A DNA stretch of 64,000 bases from Patescibacteria group bacterium (GTDB lineage: Bacteria; Patescibacteriota; Patescibacteriia; Patescibacteriales; UBA12465): assembly GCA_034002925.1 (NCBI GenBank), contig JAVEZP010000001.1:66523-130522 (forward strand), written 5' to 3'. A model generated the notes under the pieces. The model saw nothing but the letters and a program-made list of their open reading frames with translations, did no database searches and was not told the origin of the DNA. Below, piece after piece: positions 58,879 to 64,000 of the stretch (positions are counted from its first letter, which is position 1; each line of letters opens with the position of its first letter). The translations under genes were made by a program, and so were the position numbers.

Positions 58879-58951
58879 GCGCCTATAGCTCAGGGGTTAG
58901 AGCACCGCTCTTATAAAGCGGGGGTCGATGGTTCAATTCCATCTAGGCGCA
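58879..58951 (+). tRNA. tRNA-Ile(TAT)
   Basis: GCGCCTA/TAGGCGC-A; anticodon arm CCGCT-CTTATAA-AGCGG; GGTTCAATTCC. Confidence 0.9.
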
Positions 58952-59038
58952 CAAATACCGACTATTTAATTGCCGGCTTTTAATTTTATTAATTTCCTGT
59001 TGCCAAGTTTGCACCTATACAATATAATAAAGCATATA

Positions 59039-59112
59039 GGGCTCGTAGCTCAGCTGGTTAGAGCGTTACGTCGACATCGTAAAGGCCGCCCGTTCGAATC
59101 GGGCCGGGCCCA
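59039..59112 (+). tRNA. tRNA-Val(GAC)
   Basis: GGGCTCG/CGGGCCC-A; TTACG-TCGACAT-CGTAA; GTTCGAATC. Confidence 0.9.
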
Positions 59113-59134
59113 CATTATTTTTTCTCTTTAATAT

Positions 59135-59551
59135 ATGCTTAAATTTTTCTCTAGCAAAAAAAATCATCTTATCAATACTGAAAACAATTCTAGTATTGGT
59201 GAATGGATAGAACAGGAACAAATCACAGAAGGACAACTATCTATTGATGTATATCAAACTAACAAAAAAATTGTTATTCAATCAACTATTGCTGGCGCTA
59301 AGGCTGAAGATTTAAAAATTTCTTTACATCACGATTTGCTCAGTATTCATGGCACCAGACAACAACCTCAAAAATTAGATGAAGATTCATATTTATATAG
59401 AGAGTGTTATTGGGGCCCATTTTCTCGCACTATTATCCTGCCCGCTGAAGTAGACAATCATAAAGTAGAGGCTGCTTTAGAAAATGGCGTTCTGACTATT
59501 ACTTTATATAAAAGTCAATCTGCTCAAATTCCTGTATCTTCTAAAAAATAA
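59135..59551 (+). CDS. Hsp20/alpha-crystallin small heat-shock protein
   Basis: IDVYQT, ECYWGPFSRTIILP, ALENGVLTITL. Confidence 0.92.
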   Translation: MLKFFSSKKNHLINTENNSSIGEWIEQEQITEGQLSIDVYQTNKKIVIQSTIAGAKAEDLKISLHHDLLSIHGTRQQPQKLDEDSYLYRECYWGPFSRTIILPAEVDNHKVEAALENGVLTITLYKSQSAQIPVSSKK

Positions 59552-59552
59552 T

Positions 59553-59759
59553 ATGAAGTATCGCTTAAAAGTAATTGATTTCAGTGATGATCAAGTAGTT
59601 CTTGAAGATGAAACTAAAAACATTATTTATTGGCCTAAAGAAAAATTGCCAGAAATTCCAGAAATTGGCCAAGAAATAATTTTTTCTATTAATGAACAAA
59701 ATCATAGCCAAGATCCTAAGGAATTAATTAACGAACTTCTTAAAATAGATACTAATTAA
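59553..59759 (+). CDS. Small hypothetical protein (DUF3006-like)
   Basis: VIDFSDDQVVLE...IYWPKEKLP pattern. Confidence 0.55.
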   Translation: MKYRLKVIDFSDDQVVLEDETKNIIYWPKEKLPEIPEIGQEIIFSINEQNHSQDPKELINELLKIDTN

Positions 59760-59782
59760 CAACCTTTGATCTTATAACTTAT

Positions 59783-61657
59783 ATGAAGTATTCTAAAACC
59801 ACTATCATTAGCCTCACCTCTTTAATAGTGGTTTTTTTGATATTTGTAATTTTTATTTTATTGCCAAAAAAAGACAGCAATATTTTAAAAGATAATTTAT
59901 TTATTGGCACAGTTGATATTAGCAATAACACGCCTGAAGAAGCCTTGGATAAAGTGTACCAACTATGTAAAGACTTAGAAAATAAAGGCTTAAATTTACA
60001 ATATCAAGATCAAAAGATTAATATGCCCTCTCTTACCACTTCTTTTGATGCTGATTTAGCCTATCTTCTTTTTCATTGTGATCAAGATGCTCTAAACTCA
60101 CTACTAGTAGAACACAAACAAAGCATGGGGTTAACTCGCCTTTGGGAAAAATTTATTCAACAAAAAATAAAAAGAATTGAGATTCCTTTTTACTTAGATG
60201 AAACAAGAATAAAAATGTTTATCACTAGTAATTTTCAAAATCTTGAAAAAGAAGCTCTTGACGCTCGTTTTGTGTTTCAAGACAAAAAAATAGAAATTTT
60301 ACCAGAAGAATACGGACAAACAATTAATTGGGATAAAACCTTGCAGGATATTCGTTATAGCTTAAACCTTGTATCTGAGCAGCCAGTAAATATTCATACT
60401 GATATTAAAAATCCACTAATCTACAGTCAAGACCTACAAGGTCTTGAAGAAAGTGCTAAACAGTTAAGCGGACAAACATTGTCTTTGAAATTTGAAAATA
60501 AACTCTGGCCAGTCACTCAAGCAGATATTGCTACCTGGTTAGATGTCAAAAAAGAAAATGAAGAACTCATCCTCTATTTTAACACAGATAGAGTAGCTAA
60601 CTACTTGGAAATTGAATTATCACCTAAAATTAATTTAGAACCCAAAAGTCATCGTTTTGAAATTAAAGACGGTCGTATTAATAATTGGCAACCCGGGCAA
60701 GATGGTTATCAACTAGACACTAAAAATAGTGCTAAAAAAATTATCACTAGTTATAACTTAGCTAGTAGCACTGAAATAGAATTAATTGTTGATACTATTC
60801 CTCCGGCCGAAGCAGATTCTTTAAACATTAAAGATATTATTGGTACGGGACATTCAAATTTTGCTGGTTCGCCTGCTAATAGACGCCACAACATCGACAC
60901 CGGCGTAGCCGCTCTTCATGGCTTAATTATAAAAGACGGAGAAGAGTTTTCATTAGTTAAAGCTTTAGGCACTATTGATGAAAGTACTGGCTATTTGCCA
61001 GAATTAGTTATTAAAGGAGACAAGACTATTCCTGAATATGGCGGCGGTCTATGCCAGGTTGCCACCACCCTATTTAGAGCTTCATTAGCTTCCGGTTTAC
61101 CTATTACCGCCCGTCAAAATCATTCATATCGGGTTTCATATTATGAGCCAGCTGGTACCGATGCTTCTATCTATGATCCTTGGCCAGATGTCCGCTTTAT
61201 CAATGACACAGGCAATGATATCCTCATCCAAGCTAAAGTAGAGAAAGACGATGTATATTTTGATTTTTGGGGAGTGAAAGATGGACGTAAAATAAAAATC
61301 AGTGAGCCAGTAATCTATAATATTGTAGCGCCTCCTCCTACTAAAATAATTGAAAGTGAAGATTTAGCTCCAGGTGAAAAAAAATGTACCGAACGAGCCC
61401 ATGCTGGTGCCAGCGCCTACTTTGATTATACAGTCATCTATCCAGAAATTAATGAAGAAACTGGAGAAAATATAGAAAAATATCGTCGCTTTAACTCATA
61501 CTACGTTCCCTGGCAAGAAGTTTGCTTAGTCGGCAAAGAAAAAGAAATGGAACCTAATTCAGAAGAAGAAATAATAGATGACAATACAAACAATCAAACT
61601 GAAGATGTTAATAAGCAAGGCGAAGAAAATATATCCCCCAACACCACAATTGAATAA
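59783..61657 (+). CDS. VanW family protein with peptidoglycan-binding (PG_binding_4-like) repeats
   Basis: N-terminal TM; RRHNI, GEEFS, GGGLCQVATTLFRA, RQNHSYRVSYY. Confidence 0.9.
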   Translation: MKYSKTTIISLTSLIVVFLIFVIFILLPKKDSNILKDNLFIGTVDISNNTPEEALDKVYQLCKDLENKGLNLQYQDQKINMPSLTTSFDADLAYLLFHCDQDALNSLLVEHKQSMGLTRLWEKFIQQKIKRIEIPFYLDETRIKMFITSNFQNLEKEALDARFVFQDKKIEILPEEYGQTINWDKTLQDIRYSLNLVSEQPVNIHTDIKNPLIYSQDLQGLEESAKQLSGQTLSLKFENKLWPVTQADIATWLDVKKENEELILYFNTDRVANYLEIELSPKINLEPKSHRFEIKDGRINNWQPGQDGYQLDTKNSAKKIITSYNLASSTEIELIVDTIPPAEADSLNIKDIIGTGHSNFAGSPANRRHNIDTGVAALHGLIIKDGEEFSLVKALGTIDESTGYLPELVIKGDKTIPEYGGGLCQVATTLFRASLASGLPITARQNHSYRVSYYEPAGTDASIYDPWPDVRFINDTGNDILIQAKVEKDDVYFDFWGVKDGRKIKISEPVIYNIVAPPPTKIIESEDLAPGEKKCTERAHAGASAYFDYTVIYPEINEETGENIEKYRRFNSYYVPWQEVCLVGKEKEMEPNSEEEIIDDNTNNQTEDVNKQGEENISPNTTIE

Positions 61658-61666
61658 ATCACAAAA

Positions 61667-61698
61667 TAAAAACTCTCTAAATTAATAGAGAGTTTTTT
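61667..61698. terminator. Bidirectional intrinsic terminator
   Basis: taaaaactctcta-aattaa-tagagagttttt. Confidence 0.8.
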
Positions 61699-61701
61699 AT
61701 T

Positions 61702-61876
61702 AAAAAAAGACCAACTAAAACGGGTAGGCAAGAAAATTTCTTCTAGGCATTACCGAGCCTGTCGTTATTACCTTAGATAAAGTAACAACGAAAGGCCCAA
61801 AAAACCCTAGTAAGGAATTCCCCATGCTTGTCGTGCCTGACCCGTTCCAATCGGCCTTTTTTTATTTTCAAAGCAA
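61702..61876 (-). ncRNA. Putative ~165-175-nt rod-shaped RNA, 6S RNA candidate
   Basis: End-to-end pairing GGCCGATTGGAACGGGT/ACCCGTTTTAGTTGGTC with G-U on the minus strand, central bulge, apical stem TCGTTGTTAC/GTAATAACGA; promoter TTGACA(61911-06)-17-TATATT(61888-83). Confidence 0.65.
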
Positions 61877-61916
61877 CTATCCAATATATCACACAAATAA
61901 ATCTTTGTCAATACTG

Positions 61917-61925
61917 TTATCCACA
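61917..61925 (+). promoter_or_regulatory. DnaA box
   Basis: Perfect TTATCCACA, 5 bp from the -35 of the ncRNA promoter. Confidence 0.5.
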
Positions 61926-61941
61926 GACAAGAAATTGAGAA

Positions 61942-62787
61942 TTAATCAAATAATTTTTGATACATAATTTGACCATTATTAGTAAAAATTCTTAAAGCAC
62001 CTAATTGATCTGTACGCCATAATAGAGCGCCAATAGCATCCAAATTGTTCAATACAATATTACTAGGATGTCCATACTTATTGTTTTTTCCAACTGAAAT
62101 TACCGCTAAATTAAGAGCTAAGGATTGTAAAAATTCCAAAGAAGAAGAACTATCTGAGCCATGATGAGAAATTTTAAGCACTTGAACTGGTTTTACTAAA
62201 GAAGATTTAAGTAAATCTAGTTCTCTCTCTGACGAAGCGTCGCCCACAGCTAAAAAACTTAAAGAGTCACACTTAAAAAATACTCCCAGCGACAGATCGT
62301 TATCATCTTTAGCGTTTAAAAACTTTTCGCTAGGAGGTAAGATACATAAAGCGCAATTAGAATTAAAAATCCAACACTCTTCTTGCTGAGGAATAAACAC
62401 TTTTTCTTTTTGATTCTTATATAACTCTAAAACAGCTTCCCCGCTAAGACGTGAGGGTAAAAATATTTTTTTAACATCATAACGTTGTAAAATTTCTGGC
62501 AATGCCATTACATGATCATCATGCGCATGAGTTAATATTAAAAAATCAATTTGTCTTTCAAAAAATGATAATGCTTTACCTAGCTGATATAAAGCTGACC
62601 AATCTGGTCCTCCATCAACTAAAATAATTTTACCATTATTAGTTTTTAATAGAAAAGAATCACCTTGCTCAACATCAAAAAAAATAATTTCTGCTTGATG
62701 GTCGTAATAAAAATTTAAATAAGAAAAAACACCAACACTAGTTATCAAAAGAAAAAATAAAAAAATTATTTTATAATTATAATTCAT
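61942..62787 (-). CDS. ComEC/Rec2-type beta-lactamase-like domain protein (stand-alone)
   Basis: N-terminal TM; FFDVEQGDS, LVDGG, THAHDDH, KISHHGS, ISVGKNNKYGHP, RTDQLG. Confidence 0.88.
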   Translation of the reverse strand: MNYNYKIIFLFFLLITSVGVFSYLNFYYDHQAEIIFFDVEQGDSFLLKTNNGKIILVDGGPDWSALYQLGKALSFFERQIDFLILTHAHDDHVMALPEILQRYDVKKIFLPSRLSGEAVLELYKNQKEKVFIPQQEECWIFNSNCALCILPPSEKFLNAKDDNDLSLGVFFKCDSLSFLAVGDASSERELDLLKSSLVKPVQVLKISHHGSDSSSSLEFLQSLALNLAVISVGKNNKYGHPSNIVLNNLDAIGALLWRTDQLGALRIFTNNGQIMYQKLFD

Positions 62788-62902
62788 ACTAATTAATCAT
62801 AACAAAACTACATTAAAATATTTTTGACAAATTGATAAGCTCATACAAAAAACACCGCCTAAACGGTGTCTTTTGTATAATTTTCAAATAAACAAGAAGA
62901 TT

Positions 62903-63118
62903 TTATTTCTTTTTAGCAACTTTCTTCACAGCTTTTTTAACAACTTTTTTAGGAGCTGCTTTTTTTACTGCCTTTTTAACAGCTTTTTTAGGAGCTGCTT
63001 TTTTAACCACCTTCTTAACGGTCTTCTTCACAGCTTTTTTAGGAGCTACTTTTTTTACTGCCTTTTTAACAGCTTTTTTAGGAGCTGCTTTTTTAACAGC
63101 TTTCTTTTTGATAGCCAT
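62903..63118 (-). CDS. Histone H1-like basic repeat protein (Hc2/AlgP-like composition)
   Basis: Almost entirely K/A/V/P pentamers (KKAAP, KKAV); ATG at 63118 preceded by SD AGAAAGGAGGTGA; hairpin terminator at about 62846-62876. Confidence 0.8.
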   Translation of the reverse strand: MAIKKKAVKKAAPKKAVKKAVKKVAPKKAVKKTVKKVVKKAAPKKAVKKAVKKAAPKKVVKKAVKKVAKKK

Positions 63119-63310
63119 ATTGTTCACCTCCTTTCTGGGAAATTTCCCATGTTATATTTTTTAAAAAAATAAAAAAATTTTTTTAAAAATAATTTTTCTT
63201 AATTACTTATATTATACTCTGTTAAAAATTTTATAGCAATAGTTAGAAGCAAAAAAAATAAAATAAAAAAGAGCATAAAGCTCTTTTTATAAAATCAAAT
63301 TAATATTTTG

Positions 63311-64000
63311 TTAAATTATTTTTTCAAAAAAATATTTTTCTAACTCATCTAACTTTATTTTTTCTTGTTGCATTGAATCACGATGACGAATAGTAACTTC
63401 ATTATTTTCTAAAGTATCAAAATCAACTGTTAAACAAAAAGGAGTTCCAATTTCATCTTGACGACGATACCGTTTACCAATATTACCATTATCATCAAAC
63501 TCACAACGCCAATGTTTTTTTAATTGCTCAAAAATAATTCTTGCCTTACCAACTAACTCCGCTTTATTTTTTAATAAAGGAAAAACTGCGATTTTAATTG
63601 GCGCTAATGTAGGTGGAAAAGCTAACACTACACGATTATCACCATCAATTTCTTCTTCTTGATAAAATTCTACTAAGGCGGCCAAGAAAGTACGACCGAC
63701 TCCAGCTGAAGTTTCCACCACATGAGGAATATATTTTTCATTAGTAGTAGCGTCGTGATAATTTAAAGCTGCGCCCGAGGCTTTGCTGTGAGCAGATAAA
63801 TCATAATCTCCACGAGCATGAACTCCTTCTAATTCTTTAAAACCGAAAGGGAAATTATATTCTATGTCATAAGCTTCCTTGGCATAAAAAACTAAATTTT
63901 CATGTTTATGCCAACGTAAATTTTCTTCTTTAAAACCAAGTTTTAAATAAAAATTCCAACGTAACTCTCGCCACTGTTCATAATATTTTAAATCATCTCC
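63311..64000 (-). CDS. glyQS: Glycine--tRNA ligase (homodimeric type), C-terminal part; 5' end outside the window
   Basis: Frame stays open beyond 63721 (DIEYNFPFGFKELEGVHARGDYDL...YIPHVVETSAGVGR); IGKRYRRQDEIGTPFCLTVD anticodon-binding domain. Confidence 0.93.
   Translation of the reverse strand, partial: GDDLKYYEQWRELRWNFYLKLGFKEENLRWHKHENLVFYAKEAYDIEYNFPFGFKELEGVHARGDYDLSAHSKASGAALNYHDATTNEKYIPHVVETSAGVGRTFLAALVEFYQEEEIDGDNRVVLAFPPTLAPIKIAVFPLLKNKAELVGKARIIFEQLKKHWRCEFDDNGNIGKRYRRQDEIGTPFCLTVDFDTLENNEVTIRHRDSMQQEKIKLDELEKYFFEKII

Noticed and set aside
61917-61925. Replication origin at the DnaA box
   Set aside because: Only one perfect box seen, no box cluster and no dnaA/dnaN in the window
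62873-63172. Phe-rich repetitive plus-strand ORF
   Set aside because: Antisense of the Lys-rich histone-like gene, which has the SD and terminator

Overview
A 64-kb AT-rich chromosomal segment of a Patescibacteria (CPR) bacterium, most likely Parcubacteria/ABY1. This is inferred from 16S signatures, tRNA genes without encoded CCA, an unlinked 16S gene and the gene families present. The standard genetic code applies. Bases 1-13.4 kb hold a minus-strand cluster of cell-surface genes, including three large Cys-rich proteins: two with an N-terminal VirB2/TrbC-like pilin domain and one with an internal pilin-head-like segment and a C-terminal FISUMP domain. The rest is mostly housekeeping: relA/spoT, rpsU, hisS, lepB, queA, ruvB, a UvrD-nuclease fusion, radC, rmuC, gyrA, ndk, trpS, trpB, der, pth, topA, pheST, valS and glyQS, plus a stand-alone 16S rRNA and five tRNAs. 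The most interesting signals are: (1) the gene starts inspected are SD-less except rpsU and a histone-H1-like gene, which carry extended SDs matching this genome's own 16S 3' tail; (2) two unannotated promoter-driven rod-shaped ncRNAs, one with an anti-SD-like loop and one 6S-like; (3) a Trp-type T-box with non-canonical stem I over an orphan trpB-trpS unit; (4) tRNA-Ile(UAU) and a C33 tRNA-Val; (5) internal amphipathic helix + AxA segments in the giant surface proteins. No CRISPR array, transposase, integrase or reverse transcriptase was seen. All calls are by eye; no database searches were run.
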